The position numbers and the translations under genes were made by a program. From Anthoceros angustus (taxonomy: Eukaryota; Plantae; Anthocerotophyta), in contig VJWM01000179.1 in NCBI GenBank assembly GCA_010909165.1, positions 1-64,000 of the forward strand: 64,000 nt of DNA, in the 5' to 3' direction. The notes below the pieces were generated by a model. That model searched no databases. It was not told the DNA's origin and was given only the letters and a program-made list of their open reading frames with translations. Numbering within the stretch: the first letter of the stretch is position 1; each line of letters starts with the position of its first letter. This document shows, one piece after another, positions 1-11,618 of the stretch.

Positions 1-831
1 AAGCAGTCGTTGTAAAGCGCGTTGTACCCACGAGACGTCTCAAACTTAGATGTTGTAATTGCTTTTGCAATTGGGATGTTGTAGATGGTTTTGTAAAAGC
101 AGTCGTTGTAAAGCGCGTTGTACCCAGACGTCTCAAACTTAGATGTTGTAATTGCTTTTGCAATTGGGATGTTGTAGATGGTTTTGTAAAAGCAGTCGTT
201 GTAAAGCGTTGTACCCGACGTCTCAAACTTAGATGTTGTAATTGCTTTTTACAATTGGGATGTTGTAGATGGTTTTGTAAAAGCAGTCGTTGTAAAGCGC
301 GTTGTACCCACGACGTCTCAAACTTAGATGTTGTAATTGCTTTTGCAATTGGGATGTTGTAGATGGTTTTGTAAAACAGTCGTTGTAAAGCGCGTTGTAC
401 ACGACGTCTCAAACTTAGATGTTGTAATTGCTTTTGCAATTGGGATGTTGTAGATGGTTTTGTAAAACAGTCGTTGTAAAGCGCGTTGTACCCACACGTC
501 TCAAACTTAGATGTTGTAATTGCTTTGCAATTGGGATGTTGTAGATGGTTTTGTAAAAGTCGTTGTAAAGCGCGTTGTACCCACAAGACGTCTCAAACTT
601 AGATGTTGTAATTCCTTTTGCAATTGGGATGTTGTAGATGGTTTTGTAAAACAGTCGTAAAGCGCGTTGTACCCACAACGTCTCAAACTTAGATGTTGTA
701 ATTCCTTTTGCAATTGGGATGTTGTAAATGGTTTTGTAAAAGCAGTCGTTGTAAAGCGTTGTACCGAGACGTCTCAAACTTAGATGTTGTAATTCCTTTT
801 GCAATTGGGATGTTGTAAATGGTTTTGTAAA
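1..831. repeat. Tandem array of ~9 copies of a ~92-96 bp unit (CACTA subterminal repeat)
   Basis: Unit aagcagtcgttgtaaagcgcgttgtac(N)gacgtctcaaacttagatgttgtaattgcttttgcaattgggatgttgtagatggttttgtaa recurs at 1, 97, 190, 281 and onward. It is rich in a gttgta submotif. Confidence 0.95.
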
Positions 832-1126
832 ATGGCACCACGTCATCACATGGTGATGTGGCAATGAGGGCCATGTCATCAAATTATGCCACGTCATCAC
901 CGATGATGTGGCAATGAAGGAACCATGTGGCAACAACATGCCATGTCGCACTTGGTAATGTGGCGATGATGTGGCGCCACATCACCACTTTAATGACATG
1001 GCCTTTGGGAACTGGCCATGTCGGCAATTTGCGTCATGAGCTCTCGGTTTACAGCGGCGTTGTTCGCCGTTTTACAACGTTGTAACACCCGTTAGCAGAT
1101 TGTAAAACCCTCATTTTCTTGTAGTG
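1..1126. mobile_element. Right end of a CACTA (En/Spm) DNA transposon: subterminal repeats plus TIR
   Basis: 1112-1126 cattttcttgtagtg is the reverse complement of CACTACAAGAAAATG, a canonical CACTA TIR. It is preceded by gccacgtcatc/gatgtggc inverted motifs (832-1000) and a tandem array. Confidence 0.85.
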
Positions 1127-1199
1127 GGCGAGAGGAAGAAAAAAAACCGAAAGCGGCAGCGATTGAGGATCGGTTGGAGTCATTAATCCATTTCGACAG

Positions 1200-1670
1200 A
1201 TGAAGCGGTTAGAAAGCGCGATCCGGGATGCGACCCCCTCGCTGAGGGATTCGACTACGAAGAAGGTGGTCTTGGAAAGCGATGTTGGTCAAGTTGGAGA
1301 ACTTAAGACCGGTATCGCACCTAACGGATCGCGATTCGCGAGGGTTGATGAGGCATGGGCCAATTATTTGGCTCGGGTTATTCGAAGGGGAGGATAGAGG
1401 AGGTGTTTGCCACTCTTATGTATGATAGATCCAAGTAGGTGCGCGACCTCGGCATTTGAATGAGCGATGGCGGGCGAAAAATCGTTATGGGGGTTCTTGG
1501 TGGGAACCATACATATGTCGACCATGAAACATCTATGTGATATCTCACGAGGAAGAGGGTTTCAATATGTGGAAGCACATGTCTATTGTGGCACTGTACC
1601 AAAAATGCAGTCTTGTACGGATCACAATACCATGTCGGACGAGAAGAAAGAGATGAACTTCATTAATGGT
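1200..1670 (+). pseudogene. Frameshifted relic of a ParB/Srx-like N-terminal-domain protein, probably TE-associated
   Basis: Stitching frames gives RFARVDEAWANYLARVI ... VMGVLGGNHT / MSTMKHLC...FQYVEAHVYCG...DHN...EMNF, with stops and frameshifts between the blocks. Confidence 0.35.
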
Positions 1671-3090
1671 TCATCGCCCTCGCCCTCCTCACCACCACGG
1701 CCGGCGCCCTCCCTCGCGCCTCCCTCACGCACCACCACACGGCGCCCTCCCTCGCGCACCACCAACCATATGCCCTACGGGTGGCGCGTGGAGGGAGGCG
1801 CCCGGCTGATGCCCTCTATCCGTGCACCACGAGGGGTGGGCGCGGAGGATGGCGCCCTTGCTAGGCGCCTGCACCGGTTTGCCCACCCCTGTGGTTGGCG
1901 TGGAGGCGCAGGCCGGCCCGCCATGGGCGAGGCGGGCGTGTTGGGGGCTGGCGGCGGCGCCCTCCCTAGCTCCACCCCTGCACAGGCGGGTGGTGCTAAG
2001 GAGGCGGCTGCACGCCCTGCCTCGCCAGCGCCTCCTACCCCCTTGTGGGCGCCGGCCGGCACCCCCCCACCCCTCCCCACCAACCGCCGCCTCCCTCCCG
2101 CCGGTACGCCCCCCACCAACCACGCCATGCCCATGGCGCCGGCGGCCAGCGCCCTCCCCACCACCGCCACCTTGCAGGCGCCGGCGCCCCTGCCCCTGCC
2201 CATGGTGGCCTGCCGGCCCTCCCTCACCCCACCGCCCCATGGTGGCCGCGCCCTCCTCTCATCTTTAAGAAAATGAATAGTTAGCGGCTCAAGACATATG
2301 CAATTTGGGATCGTTGGTCAAGTGTTTGGGAAAAAAGTCTACTAACGCATAGTTTCCGTGTTCAAAACTCATTATCTTCTTGATAACTCAACTTTCTTGA
2401 TTTTAAGGATGCTTGCATGAGCAACTAACTTTGTTCATTTTAAGGACGCTGGCATTGCCTTAAAGCCCAAGTGGTTGCATTGAGTGCCAGAAGGTTGAAG
2501 ACCACGACTGGCGACCTTTTGGATAGGGTCGTGAGACCCTAGATCTTTGTGGCGATCGACACCGTCAGGCTTAGGCCCAAGAATGATACTATTGAAGGCG
2601 AGCAAGAAATGGAGGAGAGCGACAACTTTGAGGCGGACGATATGGGACCTTCTCGGAATATGGCGGTGGTACTTGACTCGGTTTGGCGCAAGGCATGGAT
2701 AAGTCGCCCGCACTCTTCAATGACTATCGTGATGACCACTTCCTCCTTTAAGCGAGTTGTTTGTTACAAGCGTTCTCACGACCAGAAATGAACTCCGCTA
2801 ATGGGATTGTTTTCATTGTGTTCCACCACTTGAAAGTAAAAGTTTTCGGTTGTAATAAACATATGAAAATGACAGCCCTCTATGCGTTCTACTAAAATGC
2901 AAACGGGTCCACACCCTACTGTGCCCACACCCTACTCTGCATCTTTTATCAAAGATATGACCTCAGAAAGGGTGTGCGCATTATCAAAGTAGGACAAATA
3001 TGCTATTTTAGGAAAGGTGTTCTTCGTGACAACGTACCGTCTCGACCAAAAGGGGTTACTATATTCCCCCTTCAAAAATTATCATGTTAA

Positions 3091-3918
3091 GGAGGTGATA
3101 AAAAAGGAAGGCCTCTTGGAAGCGAGCAGACACCTGCATGATCACGAGGTTTTTTAACGTAACGGTCTCAAGTTGCTACTGTGTAGCAAGGCACTTGCAC
3201 ATTGTTTTCCTTCATACATTCTGGTCCTGGTGGATCGAATTTTGCATGCTACGCTGTCTACTGTTTTGACAAGACGATCGCGAGATACTTTTGCGAAGCA
3301 AAGTGATCTGTGAATGACTAAAACGGTAGATTGCTACTTGCCTGCGGATTCAGCTCACAGACGGGCAGTGGATGAACCGGACTGACTGGGCGCAGTTTGC
3401 CGCCGGGAGTAGAGAAGTTCTGCTGTATCCTCAACTTAAAGGGCCTGCGGTTGAAGAATGTGGACATTCGAGGATGGCGCTTGTCATTTGACTTCCTTCA
3501 ACTGTGCATTCCTCTGAAACTCTCCACCAGAATCCGCCGGTCAGATCCGTTGTAACACAATCGTGGATCGGATGGATGGGCCATCAGGCTTACTATCCTG
3601 AGCGGGTGGGCAAGCATTTAGTTCTCCACGCACCCTACACATTCTAGGGAGCGTAGAAGGTGCTGGCACCCTTCATTGACAACGCAACAAAGGAAACAGG
3701 GTCTGAACTCGTGTTTATTCATTTATGGATGTTGTTCAGGCAACTCCATGAGGTAGACTGTTGTTCCTGCGCAGATCTTTTTCGTCAGTGACAGGGACTT
3801 ACCAGGCGCTCTGCTGGTGAACATCGATGTAGATCAGCTACCAGATATAGTCGGAGGGAAGATGGCTCTGGTCCCTATACGAAACGTCTACATTCCGAAC
3901 TGGCCACCCGGTTCCTGA
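3091..3918 (+). pseudogene. Sec14/CRAL-TRIO lipid-transfer protein pseudogene
   Basis: Exon remnants read GGDKKGRPL, YAVYCFDKTIA, LPPGVEKFCCILNLKGLRLKNVDIRGW..FDFLQ, AYYPERVGKHLVLHAPYTF*GA*KVLAPFIDNATK and IFFVSD...IDVDQLPDIVGGKMALVPI. In-frame TAGs at 3645 and 3654; splice donors are broken. Confidence 0.8.
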
Positions 3919-4726
3919 AGTCCGAGGTCATCTCTGGAAAGAAAATTTTGAGACCCTTCTGCCTGCTGGGCACCATTATGTTCAGCCCGAAGCCATCTGT
4001 AGGAATCGGTCGAAGGGCAGGTTGATTGGCCAATTTTTTTTACCAAAACGGCAAGCAGAAATCTGTAATTTTGAAATGCAGAGCAGTACATGTGACCTTT
4101 TTTTATCGAGATTGTCCGAGCTTTGTAAATGAGTACAATAGGACATTATAGGAGAGGAACTAACAGAAGAAAACAGCAACAGAGCCACCGCCGCAGGAGT
4201 CCCGGAGAAACAAGGGGGACAAAGCAAGAAGGGGGGGGGGAAGAGTCAGGTGCCCCAGGACACTGGACGACCCAAAGACATTGGCCCCAGAAACCGAAAC
4301 CTAACTACATGTGACCTTTCCTTTCACCGAGGATCGACAAACTCTTATACGACATTACAAATCACAAAATCTCTCCCCCCAAACTTTCTTGGATAGTTAG
4401 CCCTTAAGCTTTGGGCCAAGCGCTAAGCTTTTTTAGATCATATTGCCTCGCGTTTTTGAATGAACCAGTCCTACAATTTCATGCTATAAGTGATTGGTAA
4501 CCAAGCATCTAATGGAGACCACCTATACCACCTCACTGGCATTCGGACCACGAGAGTCTCATTAGAAGTTTACCATTCAAACCACGTTTTCTACCCAAAA
4601 TAATGATTTACCATTCAAACCACATTTTTATTACCCAAAATAATGGAGTGTAAACATACAGAGCCCTCAAAGGGCTACCTTCCGAACTCTATAGTTGAAG
4701 CTCTCTGCAACCATCCCATGGACGGG

Positions 4727-6154
4727 TCAAGCACCAGCTCCCGAAGTCTTCTTCTGTCCGTGGCTCTCGAGCCAGCTTAACGTAACACTCTTCGGCCTCT
4801 CAAGAGGAAGACCTAAAGCCCGATCCCAAATGAGTTGAGAAAGAACACCAATGGTTCGAGAGACTCCAAAAAGCACAGTGTAAAAGTTCTCCTCCTTCAG
4901 GCCGAAGTACTGCAGCAACACACCACTGTGCGCATCCACGTTGGGCCAGGGGTTCTTCACCTTCCCGGTCTCCAAAAGAATTGGGGGAACCACCTTGTAC
5001 AATTTGGATACCAGCTGAAACAGAGGATCATTCGGCAGATGTTTCAGGGCAAACTCACGCTGACAGGTATACCGTGGATCGGTCTTTCTCAACACAGCAT
5101 GTCCATAACCTGGCACCACCTTGCCACTCTTGAGAGTCTTCCAGACGAAGTCTTTTAGCTGATCTTCCGTCACATCTGTCCCAATCTCCTTCACCACATC
5201 CAATATCCAACGCAGCACTTCCTGATTGGCCAGCCCGTGTAGAGGCCCTGCGAGCCCGTTCATTCCAGCTGCAACAGAAAGGTAGGGATCCGACAGAGCA
5301 CTTCCAACCAAATGAACTGTGTGAGCACTCACGTTCCCTCCCTCGTGATCGGTGTGAATACTCAGGTATAGCCGCATCAACTCATGCATTTGCGGATCCG
5401 AGTAGCCCAGCATGTGAGCAAAATTAGCCCCATAATCGAGCTCAGGGTCTGCAGAAATAATCTTGCCCCCCTTATACGCTCGTCGGTAGATGTAAGCGGC
5501 CACCTCCGGAAGGCGAGCGATGAGGTTGAGGGAGTCCTCATACACGGGCTCCCAGTACTTGCTCTTATGCAGGCCACCACTGTAGGCCTTGGCAAACTCG
5601 CTCTGCGTCTGCAGAGCCATAATGGCAGATGTCAGCTGCGTCATGGGATGTGCAGCGGCAGGCAGAGCGTTGATCACATCAAACGCCACTCCGGGGACCT
5701 TGGCGCGAGATCGGAGGTCCTTGGACAGAGCTTCCACCTGTTGCTGGGAGGGAATCTCTCCGGTGACCAAAAGCCAGAGTAAACCCTCGGGCAAGGGCTC
5801 TCCCCCACTGACTGCCTTCGGGAGCTTCTCTTGGCACTCAGGGATGCTGAGTCCCCGAAACCGGATGCCTTCCTCCGGGTCCAGTAAAGAGGTTTCCCAG
5901 AGCAGGCCCGTGATGCCGCGCATGCCTCCGAGGATCATGTCCCCGGTGACCTCTCCATAGGAGACCTTGCCATACTTCGCCTTGATCTCCTTCACCCGCT
6001 GCAGCTCCCCGGGAATAATTTGGGCCAGGCGCACGCGAAGATCGGTCTCATTTTCAGTCTGCGGCTCTGCAGCTATCGTGGAAAGAGGACGGAAACGGGA
6101 AGCGATGCTGCGCCTAGCTCTGCAGGCCAAAGTCCGGGCTGCACGCGACGCCAT
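4727..6154 (-). CDS. CS: Citrate synthase, mitochondrial (eukaryotic type), single exon
   Basis: Uninterrupted ORF from ATG 6154 ([16 protein letters not shown], an Arg/Ser/Ala-rich transit peptide). Motifs [61 protein letters not shown]. Confidence 0.97.
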   Translation of the reverse strand: MASRAARTLACRARRSIASRFRPLSTIAAEPQTENETDLRVRLAQIIPGELQRVKEIKAKYGKVSYGEVTGDMILGGMRGITGLLWETSLLDPEEGIRFRGLSIPECQEKLPKAVSGGEPLPEGLLWLLVTGEIPSQQQVEALSKDLRSRAKVPGVAFDVINALPAAAHPMTQLTSAIMALQTQSEFAKAYSGGLHKSKYWEPVYEDSLNLIARLPEVAAYIYRRAYKGGKIISADPELDYGANFAHMLGYSDPQMHELMRLYLSIHTDHEGGNVSAHTVHLVGSALSDPYLSVAAGMNGLAGPLHGLANQEVLRWILDVVKEIGTDVTEDQLKDFVWKTLKSGKVVPGYGHAVLRKTDPRYTCQREFALKHLPNDPLFQLVSKLYKVVPPILLETGKVKNPWPNVDAHSGVLLQYFGLKEENFYTVLFGVSRTIGVLSQLIWDRALGLPLERPKSVTLSWLESHGQKKTSGAGA

Positions 6155-6979
6155 AGCCTCCAACTGCGCTTCACCAATTCCCGTTTCTCCTCTAGGCTTT
6201 CGATGTACCACAGTAGCTGGCTCTTCAATGCCACTCTCACACGTGTCCGCACCTGACCGAATGAATAAACGAAGAAAGAACTCGGCTTGAACCTTAAAAC
6301 GCCGGAAAGGATCTGTAACTTATAAAAGTGTTTTTTGATAAGCCGGGAACGAAAATACCGCACACAGTCCACATTGGTGAAGTCAAAATTTCAGGATACC
6401 GAAAGAAACCGCGTTCAAGGAATCGTCGAATCCCGTATGGTACATCATATAAATCAATTACCCTGATAAAGTATTTCTGATAATTGCCTACCATTAATAT
6501 CACTTTCAAATTACCTGCTGAAGCAAACAATCTACGCCGAGGGCTCAGGCAAAACCATTCTGGGCTTGCAAAGAATATTTCACTGACTAGAGATTTTGCC
6601 ATGCAAGAAGCACTGTGCTCACTTGCAACTGACTGCAGATCTTACAATTCATCGAAGAGTGTATACATATCTGGAGACTACAGACTTTACAATTCATGGA
6701 CAATAACAACTGTAGGGCCAACATCCTGACGGTCTGTGCGGCACACATCTTGGATTGTCATCCTGTAGGATGACAATCCGCCCTAGTTATTAAGCACATG
6801 GATGAGAGCCTCCGATCACAGTTGAACAATCTAAAATGGTGATGCACCTATCAATACACACTATCCGAAGCCATCCGCGAGGGCAGAGCATCAGCTGACA
6901 TCAGTGGGCAACACGACAGACTGCTGCGCAAGGCTTACAGGATCTTACCGGGCAGTGACGTTCTCTGGTTAGCTCGTTT

Positions 6980-9900
6980 TTACAGATCCAAGTCGAGCTG
7001 CGGATTGGACTTGTGAAAATGGTGGAAGTGCATCTTCAATACTGCCAAATCATGTTGCAAAGTTTGCAGTCGTGCCTCAGTCATCGCCATCTCATCTCTC
7101 AGGAATCTGGCTCGTTGTTCTATCCAAGATATCTCCTCCCCAGCATGGCCAGACCCGCAGACCCCAGAATTCGCACAAGGAAACAAGGATCCCACAGGAC
7201 TACTTGAATATCCAACAGGTACATACTGCACTCCTCGCGGCCTGGCCACTGCTACCATTATGCAAACCTGCTTACAATGACTTCATGCATCAGCTCATGA
7301 TATTTTCAACAACCAACACAACAAGTTGACAAGAGGGGCCTAACTTCACCTGTAGAAGTAAAATTGCAATAATGAAAATCAGTACCAACTTTAGTTGGTT
7401 CCAAGACTTCAGACTCGTAGGACACCAATCAGCCCACAACTGGTGTATGGCCCCCGGTCTCCTCTGACTTGTCACCCCCCTCTGCAGCTCACTCCCAGAA
7501 GGCAAATCTCGACCTCTTTTGGGCGGACTTCCTGCTCTTGGAACATCAGCACAACTAAGCTGAGGTTCAGCAGAGGTAATGGGGTAGTCTTGATATAGAA
7601 GATCACTTCTCCCTTCAAGCCCCTCCCCTTCTTGGGGTGCTCGCTGAACTTCTGTTGAGTTGCACAAATGAGTGTTTCGTCCTAACAGAGTTAGATTTCC
7701 GCAAACTCCAGAGCAAACAAACATTATCCACCCTTTTGTATTAAGCTTTGACACGCAAGCGGAACTGGGGATGGTCCTTGGCGATTAGGTATGTACCTAC
7801 AAGGTTCAGCAACCTATGCGGCAAATGTTCAAACCCTTGCAGGACTTTCGAAGAATCTTCCAAACTTGATGGTGGGGGCAGTAGTTCAGAAGCCTTGAGT
7901 GCAGTAGTCCCCATACTAGTCATCGCTTGCAAGTCTTCCAACAACCTATGGGCCTGGACAGAACCCACTGTCAATCACACTAGAACATCAAGCCATTGTG
8001 CACAAATGCACAGAGCAAACAAAATGCAGAGAGTACAGTACCTCACGTATCCAAGTTGTATATGCATCTTTACATCCATCAAATGTACCTTGCTCAATCT
8101 TGCCTGGGAAGGGCAAGAGGTTAGAAAACTGTCCTTTAGGATGAACCAAGCATAAAACATAAGGAGAGCGAGGCAAACAAGCAATCAAGCTTCAGTAGTT
8201 GGCGAACACATACTCCTCCAGACAGTCCTTTTAGTGAAGGGCACATGAAGCGAGACACGGAAAAAACAACCAGTTGCTCCATTGCCAGCTAAAGTCCGAA
8301 CATCCCATCGAACCTGCAAATCCATATATGGGTTAAGAATTAAGGGTCCCATGGACCGATAATGAGCAGATGCAAAACACAACCATCTATTTCCAGACCT
8401 GAACGTGAAAGTAGTCTCCATATGGAATGTCGGCCATTTGTTGAGCAGATTCCAACACCAGATGGCTGGAAGCAAAAATCCAACGGTGGTTAGAAGATGC
8501 CCAAAACTACTGTAGCTTCTCACTAAACTGCTGCCAGCACCTAATTCTAGGGAGCTGTTTGACCTGTTCTTGTAGACACAAAATCGTTGAGTCTCATGAC
8601 AGTAAGTCGCCTTGGGACCTTAAGGAAAAAAATTAAATGAGCTAACAAACTACTAGAAAGCAAGAAGCCCTTTCCAAACATCCATAGAATCCATTTTCCT
8701 TAAAAAGAACATGTAAGAAGTCACAACATTCTAAAATAAATGAGCAAACCAACTACTAGAAAGCAAGAAGCCCTCTCAAACATCCATGGAATCAAGTTCC
8801 TTGAAAAGAAGATGCAAGAAGTCGTAGCATTCTTACCAAAGACAAAATTGATTGGATAGCGAAACGAAATCTCACGAGCATGTCCAAATTGATGATGTTT
8901 TTCCCAATGTGTGCAACGGAACTCTACAAATTCCACCACAGCACTGAACACTTGGAAAAGCAGGTTTTTATTTTTTATCCAAGCTATCCGAGAACCAGAT
9001 CGAAACAGAGACAAACCTTCATCACCACACTTGGTATGGACCATTTCTGTGAAGCCAACAGCTTCATTTGACAGGAAAAGCCTAAAGAAATCCTTTACTT
9101 CAATCTGCAACGTCCATGAGCCTATTAGGAGTGGGAATTGACACATCACTATTGCTCCATAACCCTGAAGTGCCTGTATGATTGAAACTATCAGACACAC
9201 ATGACTGGCGACGTGAGAAGGATCTTACTGGAAACTCAGACTCAGCTACTGTCTTGTACACTGCAGGCACTGCAATTGCAATCGAGAAAAATATTAGGAA
9301 TTTCAGTCAGTCAAGGGCACCAAATGGAAACGACTGCAAACGAGAAGAAATTCATACATTCTGGAGCTTCCAGATCACCGATTTCCCACAAAAGAAGGCC
9401 CATTGGAGGGCTGCTAGTACTGGGACCGCCCCCATCTGACACACCCTCAAGTGAGCTATCAGCTTCAACTCTGTCGATCAAATCTTGGGGAGATCCTCTT
9501 TCGCCATCATCTGCCAAAGAGGGGGCAGTTGAGCTCGGAACCTCTTCAATATCCCTGAGGCAGAGCAGAGGCTCTTCATTACATGACCTAGCAGTTTCTA
9601 GAATTTACTCTTCCGGGATCGATCAGCAAAACGAAACTAATGAAGAAAACATAGATATCAAAGAAATACCTGCTTCCGAAACTATCACCAAGAATAGATC
9701 GAACGGGTGGCTGCAAGTCTGAACCTGAAGCCAACACCACTGCTTCTGAGAGTGTTGGGCCAAGAGGACGAGGACTCTGTGACATGGGCAAGACATGAAA
9801 GGACATCAAGAGATTGCACAATATTGTGCACAGTAACAGGCGTTCAGAATACCTTAAAAAATATTCGACACTATAAGACGAGCAGACACTGCTGGTTGCA

Positions 9901-11618
9901 CCAACAAACATTCCGAAAATCAATACAGCATCAGCCAGCACAGGGTTCTGTGCTCCTAACCAATAATAACTACTCCAGGATCAGATTTAAGAAGAAGCTG
10001 ATCCTGAAGGCAACATTGCTATGACTGGCAGGACTAGGAGAGGAGGACACACAATGCAGCATAGTAAAAAGGACATCAAAGCCACACATGGTTAACTGCA
10101 GGTGCAAAATATCTACCTAGAAGTTGAACTACAACAAGAGGGAAACTGATGTCTGCACCAACCAACAGGGAAGGCCAAGACAGCACTGACTCACCAGTCC
10201 AGGAGAGCCTTGAGGTGTCTGGGAAGCTTGAGACCCCAAGTAAATGCGCGCATAGCCACTATGATGTGACCAACCATTAACAATAAGGCGATATGCCTCA
10301 TCCCGCGACAGGAAAGATGCAAAGAAATGCTGCACGAGGGAAAATTAACTTGTCAACTTCTTAAGACAGTGCAGTCAGATTGCCTGGCAGTTCCTACCAT
10401 GTCAAGCAAAGGATCGATGAGAAAGAAGCAGGTCCGGACCTTCTTCCCCCAAGCAGTTATCTCAATAGCATTAGGGAAGACTTGTGCCGTCTTTGCCTTC
10501 TTCACGCAAGTCACATCCTTCAAAGGGATCACTTTCTGCCATGGCATTGATGTAAGAAAAAATTGACAATATCAAAGCTATCAGGAGAGTGTCATCGTGA
10601 GATTGTGTAGGATTGAAACCTTCTTCTCATAACCAAAAATGTTGGAGTAGAAACAAACATAACGTTCAAACAGGTACATGTGGCCCTGGGAGAGCAGTGA
10701 AAGGACGGGAAGTTAGCCAGTTTGCCCGGACCGACCTTCCAAAGCACCTCCCATGACGTGTATCCAACACAAATACCTGCAGCAGGATCTTTTTTTGCAA
10801 AGCACAGTTGAAATCTTCAACGAGGACCTGCAGACCCGAGTACTCGAATTAAGAAAGTGTCACACTGCTGGCATAAGTCGACTTCAGTACCGCAACAAGG
10901 ATGCCGTACAGGCGTAAGAGCGTACCTCCTCAGGCGGAAGATGGAACAACTGCCTGTATTCTTCACTTTTATAGTCCAAGCGGCTCTGCAAGGAAAAGAA
11001 TGAAACCGGTGCTCAATTCCCCAGAGCAGAAGTAGGTGTCGAGAAGCAGAAATATTAGCAAAGAAGGCAGAAAGGAAGCCGGATGCCCCGATGCAGATGC
11101 CTAGCACACCTGATGTCCAATAAAGGAACGAAACAAGTGCAACCTCAACTCAGCATTACAGGGTGTCCTCTATCCGCTGCTATCAGTCCTCGCCCTTGAC
11201 AGGAAAGCAAACAAATCACATGCTGGGCAGACTCTGCGGAGGACCGCGGACACAAAATCCTTTTGCTTTGGTGCACGCGACGCACCACACCGAGCAAACA
11301 GCAAACTGGTTGCAGTACCTGGTCTTGCCTGTGAAGGTCAGTGGCGGTCTCACTGTTGGGATGCTGCAAGCGGGCAGAGGAGGGTACTAAGCGAGAGGGG
11401 GACGCGGATCCCTCTGCCAGCGCCCCGGCCCCCGAGCCAGCCACCGAGCCGGCCCCCGAGCCGGCCACCGAGCCGGCCACGGAGATGGGAGTGGCAGGCA
11501 ACGGGGACTGAGAACGCGAGGTGAGGTTGGATTGAGTGGACATGTCGGAGCGATCCATGAAACTCTGCACGAAGCTGAAGATGGCAGATGCTCCCCCACC
11601 TCCGGCGCCCTGCTCCAT
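6980..11618 (-). CDS. VAD1: VAD1-like GRAM + VASt domain membrane protein (multi-exon)
   Basis: Spliced exons read KSEEYRQLFHLPPEE, VEDFNCALQKKILLQ, GHMYLFERYVCFYSNIFG, KKAKTAQVFPNAIEI, HFFASFLSRDEAYRLI (GRAM) and FFRLFLS...GHAREISFR (VASt). A TM helix LVLIFIIAILLLQ and a coiled coil WIEQRARFLRDEMAMTEARL follow. The start may be 11618 or 11558. Confidence 0.85.

Noticed and set aside
1-831. CRISPR-like array, or the ORFs at 415-951
   Set aside because: The variable patch is only a few nt, there are no unique spacers or cas genes, and the ORFs are translations of the repeat.
1467-2276. Pro-rich extensin-like gene
   Set aside because: Open in most frames because of extreme GC; no signal peptide or SPn motifs.
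3645-3656. A-to-I-edited stop codons rescuing the Sec14 gene
   Set aside because: Broken donors and frame disruptions indicate a true pseudogene.
4569-4646. Short local duplications (also ~19182-19226, ~29520-29595, ~34731-34835)
   Set aside because: Ordinary slippage duplications in UTRs or introns.
6155-6211. GTG-initiated N-terminal extension of citrate synthase
   Set aside because: Eukaryotic gene; ATG 6154 begins a typical transit peptide.
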